In this document: one piece after another, positions 11,191 to 20,808 of the stretch
Position numbering within the stretch: the stretch's first letter is position 1
Layout of the letters: the number at the start of each line of letters is the position of its first letter
NCBI GenBank assembly: GCA_963702205.1
Contig: OY969724.1
Location: 2,496,001 to 2,560,000, forward strand
Reading direction: 5' to 3'
Length of the DNA stretch: 64,000 nt
Origin: an uncultured candidate division Zixibacteria bacterium
GTDB lineage: Bacteria; Zixibacteria; MSB-5A5; GN15; PGXB01
The notes under the pieces: generated by a model
What the model was told of the DNA's origin: nothing
Databases searched by the model: none
Seen by the model: only the letters and a program-made list of their open reading frames with translations
Translations under genes and position numbers: made by a program

Positions 11191-12435
11191 ATGACAATCA
11201 GTGAAGTTTCAGAAGGAGTGAAACTGGCGTTTGACTCCCTGATGGGCAACAAATTCAGGTCCGGGATGACCATCCTTGGCGTCCTCATCGGGGTCTGGTC
11301 GGTGATTGCCATGTCCTCGCTGGTCAAGGGCCTCGATGATGCCGTGCAAAGCTCGATCAATACGCTCGGGTCGAACATCCTGTTCGTGGATCGTTTCGCT
11401 CCCAATGTTGACTGGGACGATCTGACCGATGAACAGCGCAACCGCAAATACATGACGCGTATGGAGGCCGACGCCATCTCCGCCAACTGCCCGGCGGTGC
11501 TGGCGGTTTCGCCGGAAAACCATTACTGGGAGCCGGGCGGTAATATAATTAAATACAAAAGAAACAAAGCCAATCGGCCCGCCGTGGTCGGGGTCCTGCC
11601 GGAATATCAGAAGGTTCGCAATGTTACCGTCACGTCGGGCAGGTTTATCAGTTACATAGATAATGAATTCAGGGCCCAGGTATGTGTCATTGGCACCGAC
11701 ATCAAAGAGGCACTGTTCCCGAATGAAGACCCTATCAGTAAAGAAATCAGGGTTAATAACGTTCGCTTTACGGTAATAGGAGTGCGGGAAAAGAGCGAAT
11801 CCATGTTCGGCGGCAACGACGAAAACAATAAGGTCGCCATACCGTTAAATACATTTGAAAAACTGTATCCTGAGGACAAAGCCCTCACGCTTACGGTCGG
11901 CGCGACGTCGGTCGCCGAGATTCCCGACGCTATCGAGCAAATGACCTCGATCTTGCGAATTGTTCGAAAAGTACCGTACGACAAGGAAAATGACTTCGCC
12001 ATTTTCGGGCAGGAATACATTCGAGAAATGGTCGGGAACATAACCAGATATATATATCTGGCCATGATTGTCATCTCATCAGTCGGTCTCATGGTCGGCG
12101 GGGTGGGAGTGATGAATATCATGCTCGTTTCGGTGACGGAACGAACCAGAGAGATAGGCGTCCGCAAAGCGATCGGAGCGCGAAAGAACAACATATTGTG
12201 GCAGTTTCTTGTCGAAGCGATGACGCTGTCCGGGACGGGGGGTTGCCTCGGGATTGTAGTCGGCATTCTTACGGCTTTACTGATCGGTATGGTTTCGCCG
12301 CTTCCGTTCGGCGTCTCACCGTTGTTTTTATCCCTGGGATTTATCGTTGCGATAACGGTGGGACTGATTGCGGGGATGTATCCGGCGTATAAGGCCGCCA
12401 TAGTCGATCCCATAGAATCGCTCCGCTACGAATAA
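11191..12435 (+). CDS. MacB/FtsX-type ABC permease 2
   Basis: [29 protein letters not shown]-terminus DPIESLRYE. Confidence 0.93.
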   Translation: MTISEVSEGVKLAFDSLMGNKFRSGMTILGVLIGVWSVIAMSSLVKGLDDAVQSSINTLGSNILFVDRFAPNVDWDDLTDEQRNRKYMTRMEADAISANCPAVLAVSPENHYWEPGGNIIKYKRNKANRPAVVGVLPEYQKVRNVTVTSGRFISYIDNEFRAQVCVIGTDIKEALFPNEDPISKEIRVNNVRFTVIGVREKSESMFGGNDENNKVAIPLNTFEKLYPEDKALTLTVGATSVAEIPDAIEQMTSILRIVRKVPYDKENDFAIFGQEYIREMVGNITRYIYLAMIVISSVGLMVGGVGVMNIMLVSVTERTREIGVRKAIGARKNNILWQFLVEAMTLSGTGGCLGIVVGILTALLIGMVSPLPFGVSPLFLSLGFIVAITVGLIAGMYPAYKAAIVDPIESLRYE

Positions 12436-12487
12436 ACCGGGGCGAGAGTTTGATAACCATCCCAATGTTTAATTATTCTTTCATGTC

Positions 12488-13729
12488 ATGACAACCGCAG
12501 AATTGAAAGACGGCCTTTTATTGGCGTTCGATTCGCTTAGGGGCAATAAGTTCCGAACTCTCCTGACGATACTGGGCGTGCTTATCGGGGTGTGGTCGGT
12601 CATTGCGATGTCGTCTTTGATTAAGGGTCTCGACGACGCGGTCCAGAATTCCATTTCGGACCTGGGCAGCAATGTGCTTTTCATAACGAGATATTCCCCT
12701 AACACCGATTACAATGACCTTACGGATGAACAGCGCAACCGTAAAGAGATAACCATAAACGAAGCTTATGCGATAATGGCCAATTGCCCGTCGGTGACGG
12801 GGGTCTCGCCGGAGGATTACTATTTCGCGCCGGGCGGGAATTCTGTGAAGTACAAGAACCACAAAGCCAATCAACCGTTTTTAATAGGCGGCTGGCCGGA
12901 ATATCAGCAGGTTCGCAACGAGAACCTTGAAAGCGGGCGTTTTTTCAACCAGCTGGAAGATCAAATGAAGGCGACGGTTTGCGTCATAGGCAGTGACATT
13001 AAGGATGCATTATTCAAGGATGAAACGGCGGTCGGCAGGTCTATCCGAATTAATAATCATAAATTCACGGTATTGGGAGTTACCAAAGAGAAGAAAGGTA
13101 TGTTTGATAACCGCGGCAATAATCTTGTCATAATACCGTTTGAGACTTTCATGAAGCTCTATCCGTGGGAAAAAGAGTTGTTCCTGGCTGTCAGCGCGGC
13201 CAGCCCGGAACTGATAAATCAGGCTAAGGAAGAAATCACAGCCACATTACGAAGAGAGCGAAAGGTTCCTTACAGCGCCGACAACGATTTCGTGATTTTC
13301 GGACAGGAGAACATTCGCGAGGTGGTCGGTAATATTACCAAGTATATCTATATCGCGATGATAGTGATCTCCTCGGTCGGCCTTATGGTCGGCGGAGTTG
13401 GCGTGATGAATATAATGCTGGTCTCCGTGACCGAACGCACTCGCGAAATTGGCGTGAGAAAAGCGATCGGGGCGCGACGGATCAATATCATCTGGCAGTT
13501 TTTGATTGAGGCCATGACGCTGTCCGGCCTGGGAGGCATGGCGGGAGTGATTACCGGACTGGGGACCGCCCTGTTAATCGGTGCTTTGACGCCGCTGCCG
13601 TTTGGGGTCTCACCGATGTTCCTTATGCTGGGTATCGCGGTGGCCATATCGGTCGGTCTGTTCGCCGGGCTTTATCCGGCTTATCGGGCGGCGCGTGTCG
13701 ATCCGATTGAATCGCTTCGTTATGAGTGA
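12488..13729 (+). CDS. MacB/FtsX-type ABC permease 3 (close paralog of permease 2)
   Basis: Same motifs as permease 2, with long shared stretches such as LGVLIGVWSVIAMSSL and DLTDEQRNRK. Confidence 0.93.
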   Translation: MTTAELKDGLLLAFDSLRGNKFRTLLTILGVLIGVWSVIAMSSLIKGLDDAVQNSISDLGSNVLFITRYSPNTDYNDLTDEQRNRKEITINEAYAIMANCPSVTGVSPEDYYFAPGGNSVKYKNHKANQPFLIGGWPEYQQVRNENLESGRFFNQLEDQMKATVCVIGSDIKDALFKDETAVGRSIRINNHKFTVLGVTKEKKGMFDNRGNNLVIIPFETFMKLYPWEKELFLAVSAASPELINQAKEEITATLRRERKVPYSADNDFVIFGQENIREVVGNITKYIYIAMIVISSVGLMVGGVGVMNIMLVSVTERTREIGVRKAIGARRINIIWQFLIEAMTLSGLGGMAGVITGLGTALLIGALTPLPFGVSPMFLMLGIAVAISVGLFAGLYPAYRAARVDPIESLRYE

Positions 13730-13827
13730 TTTCAAAATCCCCGAGAATATTCGCGTTCTATTAGATATTGCCAAAATCAAAACGTCTTAATACATTAGAG
13801 AGCGTATAATTTAAGGAGCCCTGTATT

Positions 13828-15153
13828 GTGAGAAAAGAAGCTGGATTTAAAAGGATTTTGCTGTTGTTGGTACTTGGTGGAATATTCCTGACAGCGCCGG
13901 CCAAGGCACAGGAATTGTATAATATCCAGAATCAGGGACAGAGACTGGATTTGCACGCCGACTGCGCCTATTTTCGGTCGGACGATTCAGGTTTGGTCAG
14001 GCTTGAGGTGTATTATAAGATTTTCAACGACTATCTTACGTTTATCCGGGACAGCAGCCAGTTTAAAGCCGTTTACGACATTACGATTATCGTGTATGAT
14101 AAAGATAATTATCAGGTCGACGCCTATAACAAGACAAAAGATATAACCGTCGCGACCTATGATGAAACCCGCAAAGGCTCCGATTTCAGGACCAGCCAGG
14201 TCGATTTCAAGCTTAAACCGGGGAAATATAAAATCTATTGCCGGATCGAGGACAAAAATTCGGATAAATTCGCGGAGAGGACTCTTAAGACCGAACTTCC
14301 CGAATACAATTTTCGGCACGCCCGATTGTCCGACGTAGAATTCGTCCAGCGCGTCGATTCGGCGCGCGCCGGCTCGCCGTTTAACAAAGGTAAATGGTCG
14401 ATAATACCGGCCGTCGTGAGACTGTATCAGGGGACCGATTTCGCACCGCTCTTGTACTACCAAGAGGTTTATCAGGGTCGAGACGAGCGCGAAGACGTTA
14501 TGATCGAAACGCGCATTTTAGACGGCAAACTCAATTTAGTGTACTGGGACACTCTTACGGCGACCTTCGACAATGGAATCATACGGCAACTCAGGTACAT
14601 CAATTTAACCGATATTCCGTCCGGGGAATATTTCCTCGAAGTCGTACTGCATGGACGCAGAAATACCGAAGTATCCTCGAGCCGCCATCCGTTTTTGGTC
14701 GACTGGTCACCCGAAGCGATGATTCTGCATGATTTTCACAAGGCCATCAAGCAGCTGGAACTCGTCGCCGACGACTCCGGGATCGATAAAATCAAAAATG
14801 CGAAAACGAATGAGGAACGGGTTAGTGCCTGGCAGGCTTTCTGGAAAGAACGCGACCCGACTCCCAACACGGAGTTTAATGAAGCCCGGGCAGCCTTTTA
14901 TAAAAGAATAGACTACTCAAACAAGTATTTCAGCATTATGGACAAAGAGGGGTGGCGAACCGACCGGGGGCGGATATTTATTCAATTCGGGGAACCGGAT
15001 CAAACCGAAGACAGGCCGTTCGAACTCGACAGCTATGCTTATCAGGTTTGGTATTATTATCATTTGCCCATACAGCGGCAATTTACGTTCGTCGATCAAT
15101 GGGGAGACGGCGATTATCGTCTGGTCTTTCCCTACGACGGTATCGTAAGATAA
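13828..15153 (+). CDS. GWxTD domain-containing protein (exported)
   Basis: Signal peptide; FWKERDPTPNTEFNE...GWRTDRGRIFIQFGEPD...QVWYY. Confidence 0.9.
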   Translation: MRKEAGFKRILLLLVLGGIFLTAPAKAQELYNIQNQGQRLDLHADCAYFRSDDSGLVRLEVYYKIFNDYLTFIRDSSQFKAVYDITIIVYDKDNYQVDAYNKTKDITVATYDETRKGSDFRTSQVDFKLKPGKYKIYCRIEDKNSDKFAERTLKTELPEYNFRHARLSDVEFVQRVDSARAGSPFNKGKWSIIPAVVRLYQGTDFAPLLYYQEVYQGRDEREDVMIETRILDGKLNLVYWDTLTATFDNGIIRQLRYINLTDIPSGEYFLEVVLHGRRNTEVSSSRHPFLVDWSPEAMILHDFHKAIKQLELVADDSGIDKIKNAKTNEERVSAWQAFWKERDPTPNTEFNEARAAFYKRIDYSNKYFSIMDKEGWRTDRGRIFIQFGEPDQTEDRPFELDSYAYQVWYYYHLPIQRQFTFVDQWGDGDYRLVFPYDGIVR

Positions 15154-15171
15154 CGAAGGGGAGTCAGTAAA

Positions 15172-16557
15172 ATGCTCAGGAAAGGGACATTGATCATAAT
15201 AGTCATCCTGGCGGCGTCGGCAGCGGCGCTCGCTCAGGAATCGCATTTGATGGTGCAGGCAGGCATCAATATTTTCAACGATCCGGAAGCAGGTCCCAAA
15301 TCGTTCGTGGAATTTCCGTTCTCGATCAACCGGTCTCAGTTTACGTTTATCCCGTTCGACAGTACCAGACCCGAAGTCCGGGCGTCAATTTACGCCGATA
15401 TCGTAATCGAAGATACTTTAGGCAATCATCTCGATTCCACCAGCACGTATTTTTACACCCTGGCTCCGTCACCGACGGCGACCATGATCGGCAATATTAA
15501 GGTTTTCAACAAGCTGAAAATGAAGCTCGACCCGGGTAAGTATTCGGCTGTACTTACGGTGATGGACGTGGTCAACAAGAAAGAAGGCGTCTTTACGTAC
15601 GATCGACTCGAAATTCCGCCGGTCGTCAATGACAGGCTGGCCCTGAGCATGATTGAACTGGCTTATAATATCGTAAGTGTCGATGATATGGCGTCACACA
15701 ACGAGCGTCTGGTGAAGAGCGGCCGGGAGGTCGTGCCTAATCCGATGGGCATATATTCGGCCGATGATTCGGCGCTTTTCGTGTACGCCGAAGTGTATAA
15801 CCTCAATTATGATCCTTCGGCTCCGGGGCAGTATTCGGTCAGCTACAAGGCATACGATCCGTACGGTTTCCTCAAATTCGACTTCGGCAGCTATAATCGA
15901 GACATGCGAGCCGATAACGACGTGATTAGCGCCCGTCTCGATATAAAGGACTGGAATCCCGGGAAGTATGATCTGGCGTTAATAGTACAGGATATTACGA
16001 ATGGTATGGTCGATACGACCATGAGGCGGTTTATCGTATTCCCGAAGCATGAATTACCGACGGAATTCGTGCAGTACAAAATGCGCAATCCGTTGGACAG
16101 CGCGTCGATAAAAACCAAGACGCAGTTGATCAAATACCTCGTGACGCCCGAACAGATGACTTTGTACTCGTCACTGAACGATACCGGGAAAACGCGGTTT
16201 GTCGATGAATTTTTCAGGGACCATGATCCCACGCCGGGAACCAAGGCCAATGAATATCTGAACGACGCTCTGGCCCGGTACGCCTACGCGATGCAGAATT
16301 TCGGATCCCTGCCCGAAGCCCATGACGGGTGGAGGACCGATCGCGGGCGCGTTCTGATGCAATATGGTCAATGGGACAAGAGAGATGAGGTCCCGACCCC
16401 GGTTTACGGACAGAGATACGAAGTATGGTATTACTATTCGCTGCAAGGCGGCATTTATTTTGTATTCTCGGACGTTAAGGGGTACGGTGAGTATCAACTG
16501 GTTCATTCCAACGCGACCGGAGAAGTTTATGACGCAGAATGGGATGTACCGTCTTAA
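15172..16557 (+). CDS. GWxTD domain-containing protein (exported); the true end may be 16609 if GGG at 16541-16543 carries an extra G
   Basis: Signal peptide; DPTPGTKANE...GWRTDRGRVLMQYG...EVWYY...LVHSNATGE. Confidence 0.9.
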   Translation: MLRKGTLIIIVILAASAAALAQESHLMVQAGINIFNDPEAGPKSFVEFPFSINRSQFTFIPFDSTRPEVRASIYADIVIEDTLGNHLDSTSTYFYTLAPSPTATMIGNIKVFNKLKMKLDPGKYSAVLTVMDVVNKKEGVFTYDRLEIPPVVNDRLALSMIELAYNIVSVDDMASHNERLVKSGREVVPNPMGIYSADDSALFVYAEVYNLNYDPSAPGQYSVSYKAYDPYGFLKFDFGSYNRDMRADNDVISARLDIKDWNPGKYDLALIVQDITNGMVDTTMRRFIVFPKHELPTEFVQYKMRNPLDSASIKTKTQLIKYLVTPEQMTLYSSLNDTGKTRFVDEFFRDHDPTPGTKANEYLNDALARYAYAMQNFGSLPEAHDGWRTDRGRVLMQYGQWDKRDEVPTPVYGQRYEVWYYYSLQGGIYFVFSDVKGYGEYQLVHSNATGEVYDAEWDVPS

Positions 16558-16628
16558 GGAGCAGCAGGGCCAGCAAATTCTCCAGGGCGGCACGCAGTTC
16601 ATAGATTAATAAATATATCGGAGTTTTC

Positions 16629-16661
16629 GCCCGGACCGAAATCTGGTCCGGGCTTTTTTTT
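16629..16661 (+). terminator. Rho-independent terminator
   Basis: GCCCGGACC-GAAATCT-GGTCCGGGC followed by T8, between convergent genes. Confidence 0.85.
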
Positions 16662-16666
16662 GGGTA

Positions 16667-17425
16667 TTAGTGATTCGAGGTCATGGGTGTTTTTTCGGAC
16701 TGGCTCTTGTCGGACATCGCGCCGGGCGTGCGCAGGCTTCTCTTGACGGGGATTGTAAAGTGGGTGTTAGCGCCGTCGCTTAAGCCGATGGTTATGGATT
16801 TGTCGAACTCCTGGTCGAGACAATTGTCTTTCAATTTCAGAGAGCCTTTGACGGACTGACCGGCTTTGATGTGTTCCGGGAGTTTAAGATCAAACATATC
16901 TTCTGGCATATCGACGAGATTGATATCGTAATCTGAATCGGAGACGTTTTCGATGACGAAATCGCGTTTGTCCACTTTCGATTCGCCGAATTGGGACACA
17001 TCGAATTTATAAGGCTTGATTCGTATGGGGAAGGTCGAATCGGGAATCGCGACGACGTTGGCGGTGAATTGGACGCGCTTGGCCAGATCACCTTCGTTCG
17101 TCGTGATAGACGGCCTTTTCGACTGGCGGCCGTTGTATCTTCTGGTCGAAAATATAACTTCAAGTCGGGTACTATCGCCGACCGGCAGCAGGTCTTTTTC
17201 CAGCGGTGCTTTGGTGCAGCCGCAACCGGGTTTGACGCCGATAATTTTCAACGGCTCGGCGCCGGTCGAATGCAGCCAGAAAACATGGCTGATTTCCGAA
17301 TTCTGCGGCACATAGCCGAAGTCATAAATGGAATCGGGTATGGTCAATTTGGCCTGAGCCGACCCGATATCGGGCAAAATAGCCAGGACAAGGACGACCA
17401 AAAACAAAGTCAGAGCGGCTTTCAT
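16667..17425 (-). CDS. DUF1573-domain exported Ig-like protein, Cys form (KPGCGCT)
   Basis: ATG 17425 after GGAGG; signal peptide; YDFGYV..HVFWLHSTGAEPLKIIGVKPGCGCT matches the DUF1573 pattern; 252 aa. Confidence 0.85.
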   Translation of the reverse strand: MKAALTLFLVVLVLAILPDIGSAQAKLTIPDSIYDFGYVPQNSEISHVFWLHSTGAEPLKIIGVKPGCGCTKAPLEKDLLPVGDSTRLEVIFSTRRYNGRQSKRPSITTNEGDLAKRVQFTANVVAIPDSTFPIRIKPYKFDVSQFGESKVDKRDFVIENVSDSDYDINLVDMPEDMFDLKLPEHIKAGQSVKGSLKLKDNCLDQEFDKSITIGLSDGANTHFTIPVKRSLRTPGAMSDKSQSEKTPMTSNH

Positions 17426-17507
17426 GACGCCTCCTTTATAATATGATGGATCAATGTGGGTTATGCCTGGTGGAACGGGATGACCGGAGAATGGTCGAAA
17501 CCCAAAT

Positions 17508-17542
17508 AAAAAAAGCCCGGACCTGTACAGGCGCCGGGCTTT
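17508..17542 (-). terminator. Rho-independent terminator after the Sec paralog
   Basis: Minus strand AAAGCCCGG...CCGGGC followed by T7. Confidence 0.75.
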
Positions 17543-17558
17543 CAATTTATGGAAAGAG

Positions 17559-18332
17559 TTAGTGAGTTGACTTGGACGTGGTTTCAGCGGGAGCTTTGCT
17601 GGCCGTGGCGTCGCTCTCAGCGGCACCGCCGGGCACCCGCAAAGTCCTCTTGACAGGAACCGTAAAGTGTGTCTTGTTCGCGTCGTTGACCTCAATGGTG
17701 AGCGATTTATCGAATTCCTTGTCAAGGTAAGCATGGTCTAATTTAATTTCACCTTTTCCGGTCTGGCCGGCCTTGATCTGCTTCGGCAGCTTAACGGTAA
17801 ACATACCTTCCGGCATACTTACCAAGGTCAGGTCGAAGTCGGAATCGGATACGTTTTCAATTACGAAATCTCGTGAATCGACAGTTTTCTCACCAAACTG
17901 AGAAATGTCGAACTTATAAGGTTTAATCCTTATCGGGTAGGTGGAATCGGGCGTAGCTACGACGTTGGCCGTAATCTGCACACGCTTGGCGAGTTCACCT
18001 TCGTTGGTCGTGATCGACGGCCTCTTTGACTGCCGACCAGTATATCTTTTTGTCGAAAAGATAATTTCAAGCCTGGTACTGTCACCGACAGCAAGCTCCT
18101 GCTTTTCGAGCGGAGCCTTTGTGCATCCTCAGCCAGGTTTTACGCTGAGAATTCTCAGCGAATCCGACCCGGTCGAATGCAGCCAAAAAATATGGCTAAT
18201 CTCCGAATTCTGCGGCACATAGCCGAAATCGAAAATGGAATCCGGGATGGTCAATTTAGGCTGAGCAAGCACCATACCTGGCAGGAGAACGAGGCAAAAG
18301 GCAAACAAAGCCAGGAATTTAACTTTGGTCAT
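17559..18332 (-). CDS. DUF1573-domain exported protein, putative selenoprotein (KPG-U-GCT, U68; TGA at 18129-18131)
   Basis: ORFs 18129-18356 and 17559-17981 are in the same frame, separated only by one TGA that aligns with Cys68 of the adjacent paralog. Read-through gives 257 aa colinear with that paralog. Confidence 0.8.
18093..18118 (-). promoter_or_regulatory. Putative bacterial SECIS element
   Basis: Starts 11 nt after the UGA: AGGCUCC-GCU-[CGAAA]-AGC-A-GGAGCUU, a 7 bp + 3 bp stem with a bulged A. The loop begins 20 nt after UGA and has G at its second position. Confidence 0.65.
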
Positions 18333-18403
18333 GTTTCCTCCAGAAGTGTCCATCATATTTCCAATTAATCGTCATATTATACGATGAATTGAGCAAGTAT
18401 CTT

Positions 18404-18431
18404 AATCTATAAACTCAAAAGATTCTGTCAA
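18404..18431 (-). promoter_or_regulatory. Possible sigma70 promoter for the Sec paralog
   Basis: Minus strand TTGACA-N16-TAGATT. Confidence 0.35.
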
Positions 18432-18549
18432 GCCTTAATTTCCGGCACTTTGTTGTCATATAAATGGTTAATTGAAATAACATCATAGTCGCCATTTTTC
18501 ATTTATACCTGAAAAATCCACATCGGTTCGATTTTTTCTTGAATATCGG

Positions 18550-19269
18550 CTATTGGCCGGTTTTGCGGAATATTTTCCGCCTGACCGGCACCGTATAATT
18601 TTTCGCTACTTCGTTATTGTCTATAAACTCAAAAGTAAAATCGGTTTCGAAGTCCCCTGCGTACCCGATATCGTTCAACCTGATATAACCGACCGCCGAG
18701 TCCAGCGGGGCGACGAACATCGGCATGTCGAGATGGTAATAAGTAGAATCGCCGTAAATAAGCCGCAGGGGTACGTAATCTTCGGATTTGTTATATATGG
18801 TAAAAGGGAATTCCACGGCACCGCTGTCGCCGTACTGCGAGGCTATGAGCCGGAAAGGCTTGACATAAATGGGCGAGAGTGCTTCGGGGTCCTTGATAAC
18901 GATCGGGACAACTGGCAGCCTCAGGGTGCGGCCGCCGAGATTCCGGGCATTGGTTTTGAAGCGGGGATATTGCGGGTTCAGGCCTTCGACTTTCTGGCTC
19001 TTGAAAAATACGGATATATCGGCGCTGTCACCGGGCGGCAGAATGTGTTTTTCAAGGTCGACCCGAATGCACTCGTTGAAAACCTCGATTGTGTCTATCC
19101 GAAGCGTATCGGTGCCGATGGAATAAGCCCTGGCCGTAAAATAAAATCGGGACATTTGCGGAATCAATCCGATTTTTATGGTATCCGGCTCCAGGCGGAT
19201 TTCCGGATCGGCGTGAGCGAATATTGAAAATATCAAGATTAAGCCCGCAGCTATTATGGCCGCTTTCAA
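18550..19269 (-). CDS. Divergent DUF1573-like exported protein (VFNECI at the CGC-equivalent site)
   Basis: TTG start with AGGAG; signal peptide; colinear with the other two paralogs (SIGTDTLRI, PPGDSA, PIYVKPF, SQYG, TVPVRR). Confidence 0.75.
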   Translation of the reverse strand: MKAAIIAAGLILIFSIFAHADPEIRLEPDTIKIGLIPQMSRFYFTARAYSIGTDTLRIDTIEVFNECIRVDLEKHILPPGDSADISVFFKSQKVEGLNPQYPRFKTNARNLGGRTLRLPVVPIVIKDPEALSPIYVKPFRLIASQYGDSGAVEFPFTIYNKSEDYVPLRLIYGDSTYYHLDMPMFVAPLDSAVGYIRLNDIGYAGDFETDFTFEFIDNNEVAKNYTVPVRRKIFRKTGQ

Positions 19270-19440
19270 GTCGTTCTCTCCTGCTTTTCAGTTTATTTCG
19301 GCCGTATAATTATAACCGGTTTGCGTTTAAATTCAACGTTTTTTACAAAATAGACCGTGGGTTGGTTGATTTTTTTGCGCAATTCTGATATTTTCGATAG
19401 GCAATAGGGAATATTTATACTTTAAATACTCGGAGTAATT

Positions 19441-20808
19441 ATGAATCCCAAGGAGTTTCTCGACCAAAACAAACAAAAACGTCTCGATGAACTGTTTGAA
19501 TTTCTGAGGTTTCCATCGGTGTCGGCCAAGAGTGAACACAAAGGCGACGTGCGCGCTTGTGCCGAATGGGTCGCCAAAAAGCTAAACGGCATCGGTATCA
19601 AAAGCGAACTCAAACCGACCAGCGGACACCCGGTTGTTTACGGCGAGAAAATGTCTTCTCCCGACAAACTGACGGTTCTCTATTATGGTCACTACGACGT
19701 CCAGCCGCAGGAGCCTCTGGAGCTTTGGAAAAGCACGCCGTTCAATCCCATAATCGAAGATGGGTATATCATCGCCCGAGGGGCCACCGATGACAAAGGG
19801 CAGGTCTGGACGCATGTTAAAGCTGTCGAGGCTTATGAAGCGACCGGGACCGAGTTGCCGGTCAATATAAAGATGCTGATTGAGGGCGAAGAAGAATCCG
19901 GCGCGGAAAGCCTGGCGGAATTCGTGGAAGAAAATCCGGAGCTTCTTAAGGCTGACATTATTGTCGTCTCGGACGGCGCGCAGTATGGACGCAACCGCCC
20001 GGCGGTGACGTACGCCCTGCGCGGAATCGCGTTCGTCGAAGTGAAAATAACCGGCCCGGATCGCGATCTTCATTCCGGGTCGTTCGGCGGCTCAATCGCC
20101 AATCCCGTCAACGTTCTGGCGCAGATTATCGCCAAGCTTCAGGATGAAAACGGGAAGATCCTTGTCGATGGGTTTTATGACGACGTGGTCGATGTGTCGG
20201 ACTGGGAACGCGAACAGCTCAAGAAGCTGCCGTTCGATGAAGCGGAATACCTGGCCAAGACCGGCTCACCGGCATTGCACGGTGAAAAAGGATATTCGGT
20301 ACTGGAGCAGATATGGTCAAGGCCGACGCTGGATGTCAACGGCATAACCGGCGGCTATCAGGGTGAAGGCGGCAAGACGATTATTCCGTCTTGGGCCAGT
20401 TGCAAGATTACGACCCGCCTGGTGGCCGATCAAACCCCGGAAGACATTTGCAATAAGCTCGAAACGTTCATCAAGAAAATCAGTCCGGATTATGTCACCT
20501 GTGAAATAGTCAAGCACGGCGGCGCGGCGGCCGTGGCGGTTCCGACCGACGGTCCCTGGCTGGAGGCGGCCGGACGCGCAATTAAGACGGGCTTTGGGAT
20601 TGACCCGGTCTATACGAAAGAAGGCGGCTCGATTCCGGTGGTTGGGACTTTTAAAAAAGTGCTGGGGCTCGATACTCTTCTGCTGGGCTGGGGGCAGGCC
20701 GACGATAACGCTCATTCCCCGAACGAAAGATTCGCTCTGGATGATTTCGAGAGAGGCTGTTATACGGCCCTGGCATTGATTGAAGAGCTTGCGAAAGTGA
20801 AGAAGTAA
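19441..20808 (+). CDS. M20 family dipeptidase (ArgE/DapE/CNDP-like)
   Basis: YGHYDVQP, ARGATDDKG, IEGEEESG, DLHSG, GGSIP and AHSPNE. Confidence 0.93.
   Translation: MNPKEFLDQNKQKRLDELFEFLRFPSVSAKSEHKGDVRACAEWVAKKLNGIGIKSELKPTSGHPVVYGEKMSSPDKLTVLYYGHYDVQPQEPLELWKSTPFNPIIEDGYIIARGATDDKGQVWTHVKAVEAYEATGTELPVNIKMLIEGEEESGAESLAEFVEENPELLKADIIVVSDGAQYGRNRPAVTYALRGIAFVEVKITGPDRDLHSGSFGGSIANPVNVLAQIIAKLQDENGKILVDGFYDDVVDVSDWEREQLKKLPFDEAEYLAKTGSPALHGEKGYSVLEQIWSRPTLDVNGITGGYQGEGGKTIIPSWASCKITTRLVADQTPEDICNKLETFIKKISPDYVTCEIVKHGGAAAVAVPTDGPWLEAAGRAIKTGFGIDPVYTKEGGSIPVVGTFKKVLGLDTLLLGWGQADDNAHSPNERFALDDFERGCYTALALIEELAKVKK

Noticed and set aside
17426..17734. N-terminal extension of the 355 aa ORF 16667-17734
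   Set aside because: It overlaps the upstream paralog and a terminator. The real start is ATG 17425, with GGAGG and a signal peptide.
18129..18131. Genome-wide TGA reassignment (code 4 or 25) as the explanation for the in-frame TGA
   Set aside because: TGA ends several complete genes (for example at 9970, 13729, 48590 and 49855), and no other internal TGA was needed to restore a gene.
17440..18359. 11-bp inverted repeat (AATATGATGGA at 17440-17450, TCCATCATATT at 18349-18359) flanking the Sec paralog, suggesting an invertible segment
   Set aside because: Short and AT-rich, with no recombinase in the window, so it is compatible with chance. It would need read evidence of both orientations.
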